Shown here piece after piece: positions 52,323-64,000 of a DNA stretch of 64,000 nucleotides. A program made the translations under genes and the position numbers. How positions within the stretch are numbered: position 1 is the stretch's first letter; each line of letters starts with the position of its first letter. Source of the stretch: Eledone cirrhosa (lineage: Eukaryota); contig OZ024746.1 in assembly GCA_964016885.1 (NCBI GenBank), forward strand, positions 2,790,001 through 2,854,000, in the 5' to 3' direction. The notes under the pieces were generated by a model. The model was not told the origin of the DNA. It worked only from the letters and a program-made list of their open reading frames with translations, and searched no databases.

Positions 52323-55300
52323 GTGTGTGTGTGTGACATCTCACACCTATGTGTGTGTGTGTGTGTGTGACATCTCACACCTATGTGTGTGTGTGTGTGA
52401 CATCTCACACCTATGTGTGTGTGTGACATCTCACACCTATGTGTGTGTGTGACAGCTCGCGCCTATGTGTGTGTGTGTGTGACATCTCACACCTATGTGT
52501 GTGTGCGTGTGACAGCTCACACCTATGTGTGTGTGTGTCACAGCTCACACCTGTGTGTGTGTGACAGCTCACACCTATGTGTGTGTGTGTGTGACATCTC
52601 ACACCTAAGTGTGTGTGTGTGACATCTCACACCTATGTGTGTGTGTGTGTGACAGCTCACACCTATGTGTGTGTGTGTGACATCTCACACCTATGTGTGT
52701 GTGTGTGTGACAGCTCACACCTATGTGTGTGTGTGTGTGACAGCTCACACCTATGTGTGTGTGTGTGACAGCTCACACCTATGTGTGTGTGTGTGACAGC
52801 TCACACCTATGTATGTGTGTGTCACAGCTCACACCTATGTGTGTGTGTGACAGCTCACACCTATGTGTGTGTGTGTGACATCTCACACCTATGTGTGTGT
52901 GTGTGACATCTCACACCTATGTGTGTGTGTGTGTGACATCTCACACCTATGTGTGTGTGTGTGTGACATCTCACACCTATGTGTGTGTGTGTGACATCTC
53001 ACACCTATGTGTGTGTGTGTGTGTGACATCTCACACCTATGTGTGTGTGACATCTCACACCTATGTGTGTGTGACATCTCACACCTATGTGTGTGTGTGT
53101 GACATCTCACACCTATGTGTGTGTGTGTGACATCTCACACCTATGTGTGTGTGTGTGTGACAGCTCACACCTATGTGTGTGTGTGTGTGTGTGTGACATC
53201 TCACACCTATGTGTGTGTGTGTGACAGCTCACACCTATGTGTGTGTGACATCTCACACCTATGTGTGTGTGTGTGACATCTCACACCTATGTGTGTGTGT
53301 GTGACATCTCACACCTATGTGTGTGTGTGTGTGACAGCTCACACCTGTGTGTGTGCGTGTGACAGCTCACACCTATGTGTGTGTGTGTGTGTGTGACATC
53401 TCACACCTATGTGTGAGTGTGTGTGACATCTCACACCTATGTGTGTGTGTGTGACATCTCACACCTATGTGTGTGTGTGTGTGACAGCTCACACCTATGT
53501 GTGTGTGCGTGTGACAGCTCACACCTATGTGTGTGTGTGTGTGTGTGACATCTCACACCTATGTGTGAGTGTGTGTGACATCTCACACCTATGTGTGTGT
53601 GTGTGACATCTCACACCTATGTGTGTGTGTGTGTGACAGCTCACACCTATGTGTGTGTGCGTGTGACAGCTCACACCTATGTGTGTGTGTGTGTGTGTGA
53701 CATCTCACACCTATGTGTGAGTGTGTGTGACATCTCACACCTATGTGTGTGTGTGACATCTCACACCTATGTGTGTGTGTGTGTGACAGCTCACACCTAT
53801 GTGTGTGTGTGTGTGTGTGTGACATCTCACACCTATGTGTGTGTGTGTGACAGCTCACACCTATGTGTGTGTGACATCTCACACCTATGTGTGTGTGTGT
53901 GACATCTCACACCTATGTGTGTGTGTGTGACAGCTCACACCTATGTGTGTGTGTGTGACATCTCACACCTATGTGTGTGTGTGTGACAGCTCACACCTAT
54001 GTGTGTGTGTGTCACAGCTCACACCTATGTGTGTGTGTGTGTCACAGCTCACACCTATGTGTGTGTGTGTGTCACAGCTCACACCTATGTGTGTGTGTGT
54101 GTGTGACAGCTCACACCTATGTGTGTGTGTGTGTGTGACAGCTCACACCTATGTGTGTGTGTGTGTGACATCTCACACCTATGTGTGTGTGACATCTCAC
54201 ACCTATGTGTGTGTGACAGCTCACACCTATGTGTGTGTGACATCTCACACCTATGTGTGTGTGTGTGTGACATCTCACACCTATGTGTGTGTGTGTGTGA
54301 CATCTCACACCTATGTGTGTGTGTGTGTGACATCTCACACCTATGTGTGTGTGTGTGTGACATCTCACACCTATGTGTGTGTGTGTGACAGCTCACACCT
54401 ATGTGTGTGTGTGTCACAGCTCACACCTATGTGTGTGTGTGACAGCTCACACCTATGTGTGTGTGTGTGTGTGACATCTCACACCTATGTGTGTGTGTGT
54501 GACATCTCACACCTATGTGTGTGTGTGTGACAGCTCACACCTATGTGTGTGTGTGTGACAGCTCACACCTATGTGTGTGTGTGTCACAGCTCACACCTAT
54601 GTGTGTGTGTGACAGCTCACACCTATGTGTGTGTGTGTGTGACATCTCACACCTGTGTGTGTGTGACATCTCACACCTATGTGTGTGTGACATCTCACAC
54701 CTATGTGTATGTGACATCTCACACCTATGTGTGTGTGTGTGTGACATCTCACACCTATGTGTGTGTGTGTGACATCTCACACCTATGTGTGTGTGTGTGT
54801 GACAGCTCACACCTATGTGTGTGTGTGTGACAGCTCACACCTATGTGTGTGTGTGTGACATCTCACACCTATGTGTGTGTGACATCTCACACCTATGTGT
54901 GTGTGTGTGACATCTCACACCTATGTGTGTGTGTGTGACATCTCACACCTATGTGTGTGTGTGTGTGACATCTCACACCTATGTGTGTGTGTGTGTGACA
55001 TCTCACACCTATGTGTGTGTGACATCTCACACCTATGTGTATTTGACATCTCACACCTATGTGTGTGTGTGTGACATCTCACACCTATGTGTGTGTGTGT
55101 GACAGCTCACACCTATGTGTGTGTGTGTGACAGCTCACACCTATGTGTGTGTGTGTGTGTGACAGCTCACACATATGTGTGTGTGTGTGTGACATCTCAC
55201 ACCTCTGTGTGTGTGACAGCTCACACCGATGTGTGTGTGACATCTCACACCTATGTGTGTGTGTGTGTGACATCTCACACCTATGTGTGTGTGACATCTC

Positions 55301-58190
55301 ACACCTATGTGTGTGTGTGTGTGACATCTCACACCTATGTGTGTGTGTGTGTGACAGCTCACACCTATGTGTGTGTGTGTGACAGCTCACACCTATGTGT
55401 GTGTGTGTCACAGCTCACACCTATGTGTGTGTGTGTGTGACAGCTCACACCTATGTGTGTGTGTGTGTGTGACATCTCACACCTATGTGTGTGTGACAGC
55501 TCACACCTATGTGTGTGTGTGTGTGACATCTCACACCTATGTGTGTGTGTGTGTGACATCTCACACCTATGTGTGTGTGTGTGACATCTCACACCTATGT
55601 GTGTGTGTGTGTGACAGCTCACACCTATGTGTGTGTGACATCTCACACCTATGTGTGTGTGTGTGTGACATCTCACACCTATGTGTGTGTGTGTGTGACA
55701 TCTCACACCTATGTGTGTGTGTGTGACATCTCACACCTATGTGTGTGTGTGTGTGTGACATCTCACACCTATGTGTGTGTGTGTGTGTGACATCTCACAC
55801 CTATGTGTGTGTGTGTGTGACATCTCACACCTATGTGTGTGTGACATCTCACACCTATGTGTGTGTGTGTGACATCTCACACCTCTGTGTGTGTGACATC
55901 TCACACCTATGTGTGTGTGACATCTCACACCTATGTGTGTGTGACATCTCACACCTATGTGTGTGTGTGTGTGACATCTCACACCTATGTGTGTGTGTGT
56001 GACATCTCACACCTATGTGTGTGTGTGACAGCTCACACCTATGTGTGTGTGTGTGTGACATCTCACACCTATGTGTGTGTGACATCTCACACCTATGTGT
56101 GTGTGTGTGTGACATCTCACACCTATGTGTGTGTGTGTGACATCTCACACCTATGTGTGTGTGTGTGACATCTCACACCTATGTGTGTGTGTGTGACATC
56201 TCACACCTATGTGTGTGTGTGTGTGACAGCTCACACCTATGTGTGTGTGACAGCTCTCACCTATGTGTGTGTGACATCTCACACCTATGTGTGTGTGTGT
56301 GTGACATCTCACACCTATGTGTGTGTGACATCTCACACCTATGTGTGTGTGACATCTCACACCTATGTGTGTGTGACATCTCACACCTATGTGTGTGTGA
56401 CATCTCACACCTATGTGTGTGTGACATCTCACACCTATGTGTGTGTGACATCTCACACCTATGTGTGTGTGTGTGACATCTCACACCTATGTGTGTGTGT
56501 GTGTGACATCTCACACCTATGTGTGTGTGTGACATCTCACACCTATGTGTGTGTGACATCTCACACCTATGTGTGTGTGTGTGTGACATCTCACACCTAT
56601 GTGTGTGTGTGTGTGACAGCTCACACCTATGTGTGTGTGTGTGTGACATCTCACACCTATGTGTGTGTGTGTGTGTGACATCTCACACCTATGTGTGTGT
56701 GTGTGACAGCTCACACCTATGTATGTGTGTGTGACATCTCACACCTATGTGTGTGTGTGTGTGACAGCTCACACCTATGTGTGTGTGTGTGACAGCTCAC
56801 ACCTATGTGTGTGTGTGTGTGACATCTCACACCTATGTGTGTGTGACATCTCACACCTATGTGTGTGTGTGTGTGACATCTCACACCTATGTGTGTGTGA
56901 CAGCTCACACCTATGTGTGTGTGTGTGTGACAGCTCACACCTATGTGTGTGTGTGTGTGACATCTCACACCTATGTGTGTGTGTGTGTGTGTGTGACAGC
57001 TCACACCTATGTGTGTGTGTGTGTGACATCTCACACCTATGTGTGTGTGTGTGTGTGACATCTCACACCTGTGTGTGTGTGTGTGACATCTCACACCTAT
57101 GTGTGTGTGTGTGTGACATCTCACACCTATGTGTGTGTGTGTGTGACATCTCACACCTATGTGTGTGTGTGTGTGACATCTCACACCTATGTGTGTGTGT
57201 GTGACATCTCACACCTATGTGTGTGTGTGTGTGACATCTCACACCTATGTGTGTGTGACATCTCACACCTATGTGTGTGTGACATCTCACACCTATGTGT
57301 GTGTGACATCTCACACCTATGTGTGTGTGTGTGTGACATCTCACACCTATGTGTGTGTGTGTGTGACATCTCACACCTATGTGTGTGTGTGTGTGACATC
57401 TCACACCTATGTGTGTGTGACATCTCACACCTATGTGTGTGTGACATCTCACACCTATGTGTGTGTGACATCTCACACCTATGTGTGTGTGTGTGTGACA
57501 TCTCACACCTATGTGTGTGTGACATCTCACACCTATGTGTGTGTGACATCTCACACCTATGTGTGTGTGTGTGTGACAGCTCACACCTATGTATGTGTGT
57601 GTGACATCTCACACCTATGTGTGTGTGTGTGTGACAGCTCACACCTATGTGTGTGTGTGTGACAGCTCACACCTATGTGTGTGTGTGTGTGACATCTCAC
57701 ACCTATGTGTGTGTGTGTGTGACAGCTCACACCTATGTGTGTGTGTGTGTGACAGCTCACACCTATGTGTGTGTGTGTGTGACAGCTCACACCTATGTGT
57801 GTGTGTGTGTGACAGCTCACACCTATGTGTGTGTGTGTGTGACATCTCACACCTATGTGTGTGTGTGTGTGACATCTCACACCTATGTGTGTGTGTGTGT
57901 GTGTGACATCTCACACCTATGTGTGTGTGTGTGTGACATCTCACACCTATGTGTGTGTGTGTGTGTGACATCTCACACCTATGTGTGTGTGTGTGTGTGA
58001 CATCTCACACCTATGTGTGTGTGTGTGTGACATCTCACACCTATGTGTGTGTGTGTGTGACATCTCACACCTATGTGTGTGTGACATCTCACACCTATGT
58101 GTGTGTGTGTGTGACATCTCACACCTATGTGTGTGTGTGTGTGACATCTCACACCTATGTGTGTGTGTGTGTGACATCTCACACCTATGT
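52323..58190. repeat. Variable-length minisatellite gaca(t/g)ctcacacctat(gt)n, roughly 200 units
   Basis: Constant core separated by (GT)n of variable length. Confidence 0.97.
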
Positions 58191-58244
58191 AGGTTTAGCT
58201 GGCCTCCTCCAAGGTATATCTTGTTGGAGGTGTCTTTGGTAATT

Positions 58245-58414
58245 TAATGATAGGGACCCCAGTCCTATCATCTCATTTCTACAGCTGAGTAAACTGGAGC
58301 AATGTGAAATAAAGTGTCTTGTTCAAGGAAACAACACATCACCCGGTCTGAGAATTGAACTCACAACGTTTCAATTGCAAGCCCATGCTCTAACCACTAA
58401 GACATGTACCTCCA
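58245..58414 (-). mobile_element. SINE family A, 3'-truncated copy abutting the TG minisatellite
   Basis: Reverse complement of the head and body of the 8622 copy. Confidence 0.8.
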
Positions 58415-58743
58415 CATTTGCAGTTGCTGCTCCAGTATAACCACAGTCTAACAATTAGAACCAGTAAAAGAATAACATTTTTACACTTTCTCTTAGCTTT
58501 TCAATAATCATCTCCTCCTCCCCCGCTTATTCATTTTTCAGGTTTTTTCCAATCCCCTCACTCTTATTCCAGCCCCTACTTCCCTAGAAATCCCATATGT
58601 TATAAAATAAATAGGATGGTTGGGGTCTCAATATGTAAACTAAACGACTAATTCCGTTTTTTTTTAAATCAATGAAACCAACCTCGAAAAATTAACGACC
58701 CCCCCCCCCCCTCACTGCCCTTATTATTTGGCACCCGAGCATA

Positions 58744-59028
58744 TTCATGCACATATACATGTTTTACTTTACATGTTCATGCACATATACATGTTTTACT
58801 TTACATGTTCATGCACGTATACATGTTTTACTTTACATGTTCATGCACATATACATGTTTTACTTTACATGTTCATGCACATATACATGTTTTACTTTAC
58901 ATGTTCATGCACATATACATGTTTTACTTTACATAGTCATGCACATATACATGTTTTACTTTACATGTTCATGCACATATACATGTTTTACTTTACATGT
59001 TCATGCACATATACATGTTTTACTTTAC
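58744..59028. repeat. 32-bp minisatellite, about 9 copies
   Basis: Unit tcatgcacatatacatgttttactttacatgt. Confidence 0.95.
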
Positions 59029-59454
59029 AAACTAAAGAAAAAGCACTCGATACATATTGTGGAGTATAGTTATTTACAGCAATAAACCTGTTAGTGCCTA
59101 TTATGTACAAATCTCTCTCTCTCGAGAGAGAGAGAGAGAGAGAGATTTGTACATTATATATATATATATATATATATATACATTATTCCGGGTTGAATCA
59201 GAGGTAACCACAGTAAGTAAGGTACTCAATACATTGCAGAGTATAAAAGATTTAATATAGATGAGATTCTACAGGACTAGAACTGTTTCATTCTTTAGAA
59301 ATCATCAGGAATCGGGCCAGATGATTGCTAAAGAATGAAACAGTTCTAGTCCTGTAGAATCTCATCTATATTAAATCTTATATATATGTGTGTGTGTGTG
59401 TGTAAGTAAGTATATATTGCAATTTAATAAAATATGAAATTTTTTGTTTTGCAG

Positions 59455-59593
59455 AAGTATCAAGCTTCCCATTCAAAACTGTTAAGTGAATTGGCTGGTG
59501 CAAATGAAGAAAAAGAGCAACGAGTTCAACTTGATATTGACAGTATTAGCTGTCACATCAAGAAACTTACAGAACATCTTCAGTCTATGAAGA
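59455..59593 (+). CDS. DNMBP: DNMBP internal exon, coiled-coil (KYQASHSKLLSELAGANEEKEQRVQLDIDSISCHIKKLTEHLQSMK)
   Basis: Acceptor tttttgttttgcag| in phase 0 matches the previous exon. 139 nt, open frame, heptad-like pattern. Consensus donor A|GTAAGT. Confidence 0.75.
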
Positions 59594-59635
59594 GTAAGTA
59601 ACTTAACTGATTTATAAATTTCAGGTTTTAAAGGC

Positions 59636-59739
59636 TGTTGTGATGCTGTTGATGTTGTTGATGTTGTTGATGCTGTTGATGTTGATGCTGTTGATGTTGA
59701 TGCTGTTGATGCTGTTGTTGTTGATGCTGTTGATGTTGT
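59636..59739. repeat. (GATGCTGTT)-type repeat
   Basis: Direct inspection. Confidence 0.9.
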
Positions 59740-61435
59740 CTTATGTATGTGCAGTCATATCCATATGTTTAACAAACAAATATTTTGTAGGCACAGACTG
59801 TGGTTAAGAAGTTTGTTAGTGTCTTCTCTTATAGCCCCAGGCTAACAAATGCCTTGAGGGACTTTGGTAGATGGAAACTCTCAGGAAGCCCACCATCTTG
59901 TGTGTGTAAAAGCATGAAATCTGTCTCTTTAGCACTTTTATTATACTAGATATACTCAGTTGAATATTTCCCCCATTCTTGGCAGTTCTGTCAAATAGAT
60001 TACTTAGTGATATGTATCAAGTTAAATACAATCTCACAGTGATTAGTTAAGAGTGGGTAAGCAGTTGCTGAAGAGAATCTAATGACATTTGAAACAGCTG
60101 AGCCCTCTTTTTTCTGTTCATAGGGAGGTGATGTAACCTCCCTGTGAACTGAGCTGACCAGTGGGGTCAGCTCCTGCTGGCCTACAAAATTACTCAAGTA
60201 AGTTGTGTTTATCACCTCTGCCAGCCAATCACCCTCCCATGTGTCCCTGTTGCGGCACTGACTCCACCAAATTGGGTTGGGTGTGAAAGTGAGAGTTTGG
60301 TGCTATAACCGATGCTATGCTTGGATTGCACTATCCTAAAGTGCATAAACTTGCAGCTGGACACCGTTTGTGAAATCAATCATCCAAAGAAACTCCATTG
60401 AAATGGTCTTACACCATGAATTCCTTCGATGGAGCCAGCTCAACCCATCCCAGGTGAACGCCACCACATCTACGTAAGTAGTATGTAAACATAGGAACAA
60501 ATTTTTCAACTGTCCAATGGGTTGTCATGATCTGAGATTAGAAGTGTTGGAGTGACCTATCTTGTTCGTATGTTCCACATTTGGCATGGTTTCTAGGGCT
60601 GGATGCCCTTCCGGATTCCAACCACCTTACATGGTGTACTGGGTGTACTGTGTGTCAGTCACATCATTTATTAATATATCAATATATTTATAAAAAAATA
60701 AAACTCAAGCTGGTATATTGTTTATGTCTTCCATAAACAGTATGTCCTGTAGTGTAGCAGTTCAGTGCACGTTTAGTGGTATATAACATACATAAATCAT
60801 CCAGAAAAGCAACCAGCAAACCTGCTACAAAAGTGTTATCCTGTTCTCATGCAAGCAGGGAAAATACTGACAAAAAAAAATGATATTGATGTTTTGTATT
60901 CCTATGAAGCCTGCATGGTTAAATGATAGATCTTTTGGCAGTTTGGAATGGAGATTAATTCAACCCTTATTCCAAACTATTGAAAGACTTCAGGTTTAAG
61001 AATCTAATTTAACAGTAAGACTAAATATATGTTATTAAATATCTATACTTATTCATGGGGCATTGAATTGACAGAGTTGTTAAGGAATTGGATTAAAAAT
61101 ACCTTGTTATTTGGTCTGGCTCACCTGACACTGAGTTCAAATCCCACTTGCAATACTCAGAATACTTCTGAGATTCAATACGTCTTTTTCTTGCTCTTAC
61201 TTGATGAGGCCAGGGTTGTCCAAAGCTGGCAATCCCAGAAGCATCATCATGCAGAGAGCCAGTGTGTCAGTTTCATGGCATGAAGTGATTGGGAGTTCAA
61301 GACTCTCTTCTGGACAGGACACCTGTCCATCGCATGGTTAAACCCACAACATTATGATCATAAGTCCAACACCTTACCACTATGACACATGCCTCCACAA
61401 TTCAATATACTTCATATTCAGTGATTCTCCACTTG

Positions 61436-62685
61436 TTCTATTACTGCAGTACTATATATAGTACTCTTACTGCAGTACTATATATAGTACTCTTACTGCA
61501 GTACTATATATAGTACTCTTACTGCAGTACTATATATAGTACTCTTACTGCAGTACTATATACAGTATTCTTACTGCAGTACTATATATAGTTCTCTTAC
61601 TGCAGTACTATATATAGTACTCTTACTGCAGTACTATACATAGTACTCTTACTGCAGTACTATACATAGTATTCTTACTGTAGTACTATATATAGTACTC
61701 TTACTGCAGTACTATATATAGTATTCTTACTGTAGTACTATATATAGTACTCTTACTGCAGTACTATATATAGTACTCTTACTGTAGTACTATATATAGT
61801 ACTCTTACTGCAGTACTATATATATAGTACTCTTACTGCAGTACTATATATAGTACTCTTACTGCAGTACTATATATAGTACTCTTACTGCAGTACTATA
61901 CATAGTTCTCTTACTGCAGTACTATACATAGTTCTATTACTGCAGTACTATATATAGTACTCTTACTGCAGTACTATATATAGTTCTATTACTGCAGTAC
62001 TATATATAGTTCTATTACTGCAGTACTATACATAGTTCTATTACTGCAGTACTATATATAGTACTCTTACTGCAGTACTATATATAGTACTCTTACTGCA
62101 GTACTATATATAGTTCTATTACTGCAGTACTATATATAGTTCTCTTACTGCAGTACTATATATAGTTCTATTACTGCAGTACTATATATAGTTCTATTAC
62201 TGCAGTACTATATATAGTACTCTTACTGCAGTACTATATATAGTTCTCTTACTGCAGTACTATATATAGTTCTATTACTGCAGTACTATATATAGTTCTA
62301 TTACTGCAGTACTATATATAGTTCTATTACTGCAGTACTATATATAGTTCTCTTACTGCAGTACTATATATAGTTCTATTACTGCAGTACTATATATAGT
62401 TCTATTACTGCAGTACTATATATAGTTCTATTACTGCAGTACTATATATAGTTCTATTACTGCAGTACTATATATAGTTATCTTACTGCAGTACTATATA
62501 TAGTTATCTTACTGCAGTACTATATATAGTTCTATTACTGCAGTACTATATATAGTACTCTTACTGCAGTACTATATATAGTTCTATTACTGCAGTACTA
62601 TATATAGTACTCTTACTGCAGTACTATATATAGTACTCTTACTGCAGTACTATACATAGTTCTATTACTGCAGTACTATATATAC
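61436..62685. repeat. 26-bp palindromic minisatellite, about 48 copies
   Basis: Unit ttactgcagtactatatatagt(a/t)ct(c/a). Confidence 0.97.
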
Positions 62686-63256
62686 TGCCTTCAGATTTGA
62701 TTAGTGACTGGGTGTTTAAGGTTGATACAATACTCAGAATACTTCTAAGATTCAATACACTTTAAATTAAATGCTTGTAACAAGCTATCACTTCAGATGC
62801 AGTGATTCTACACTTTTTCTATGACTAAAGTACTATAATGCATTTAACTTTTATGAAGAACAGGGTGTTTACAGTTGATCCTATATTCAGAATACTTCCA
62901 AAGTCCAATACACTTTGAATTAAACAAATTACAATAATCAGATTTAATGGCAATAGTAAATAGGCAGATTTACTTCATTTTTGTTTGTTGCTAATTAACA
63001 GACTTGCCATTTTATTTCTCTGTTTCAATGCATTAAACTCTTCATGCAATAATTAAGCTTAATTATTAGTTTTCTCATAAATGAGATTGGTTGAACAAAC
63101 CTGTAATTCAGAGCTAACCTTGTCACAAAATAATTTCTAGAGATTGGGATTTTTAAATTGGTAAGAAACATTTTATTTTGTACACTCTCTATGTTAACCT
63201 TATTCCAGTGAGTAAAACAAGTTTAAATTGATATATTCAACCATTTTACAAGGTTA

Positions 63257-63323
<67 letters not shown>

Positions 63324-63559
63324 ATACAATTCCAACCCATGCTAGCATGGAAGAGTGGACATTAAGAGGATGATGATGTATTAAAAATTACAAATGTGTG
63401 TATGTACGATGTTGTATTTAGAATAGTTTTTTATGTATTTATGTAGGTTCAACTTGTGTAGATGTATAAGTTTAGATAGAGTAACACTTAGTCTCAATCT
63501 TACATGCCTAAAGTCTCATCAAAGACCCTACTTCAGGAACTGAACTCAAACCAATAAAG

Positions 63560-63965
63560 GAATCTTTTATATGGTTACTTGACTTCTTACAAATTGCACC
63601 CAAACCATACCATCTTAAAGGAAAAGGACTATATCTTTAAAAAAAGGATACATTGAATAATCTAGTCCTGCGTGCAGTAAATGAAAAGGAGTAGGATGGT
63701 CATGGTTGGAATGACTTTGATCATAAATATGCTTGAATGCCTTTATCTTATTAACCACTCAACAATGTTTTACAAGTGTTGTTGTTGTTGTTTAACCCTC
63801 GGTCATACCTGATCAAGCAGATATATATGATCAAAGGCACTCCAGCCTTGACAACACCACCTATTTTGATGGTATTTTGGATTACATTATCTAGCATGTC
63901 CTTTGTTTTAGTGTGATTTGATGAAGGTTTTGCTGCTATTTCAAGTAGGTCAAGTGACCACTTAG
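63560..63965. mobile_element. Two tail-to-tail copies of a (CAA)n-tailed interspersed repeat (other copies near 2695-2890 and 3625-3750)
   Basis: Shared motifs caaatcacac..catcttaaa, gatacattggataat, ggtca..gctggaatgcctttgatcata, aacaacaac, in opposite orientations. Confidence 0.55.
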
Positions 63966-64000
63966 TAGCTTTTTCATTTGGTTCATTGAAAGTTGGTTAT

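Noticed and set aside
52323-58247. Many Cys/Val/His/Thr-rich ORFs, and a repeat-spacer appearance
   Set aside because: These are translations of a (GT)n-based minisatellite. The spacers are only (GT)n length variants.
60061-60105. Hammerhead-like CTGAAGA...GAAACAGCTG
   Set aside because: No UH cleavage site after the palindrome and no stem I pairing.

Overview
AT-rich, microsatellite-dense animal genomic DNA, most likely from an octopus or other coleoid cephalopod (inferred from the SINE/RTE landscape). The main gene is the 5' part of a + strand DNMBP/Tuba (dynamin-binding protein) orthologue. Four coding exons splice in frame (18135-18408, 19307-21127, 39328-39401, 59455-59593) and encode five tandem SH3 domains, a Pro-rich region and a coiled-coil. 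The expected RhoGEF/BAR part lies beyond the window. The introns contain a Chapaev3 DNA transposon (TIRs, TAA TSD, open 359-aa transposase core) nested in a decayed R4/Dong-type retrotransposon. They also hold RTE LINE fragments, Penelope-like GIY-YIG remnants, several tRNA-derived SINE families, TTAA-flanked piggyBac-type MITEs and three large minisatellites built from palindromic units. The most interesting unannotated signal is a set of at least four minimal type I hammerhead ribozyme motifs, three of them sense to the gene. One of these, plus a fifth degenerate core, sits next to or inside a near-perfect fold-back hairpin.
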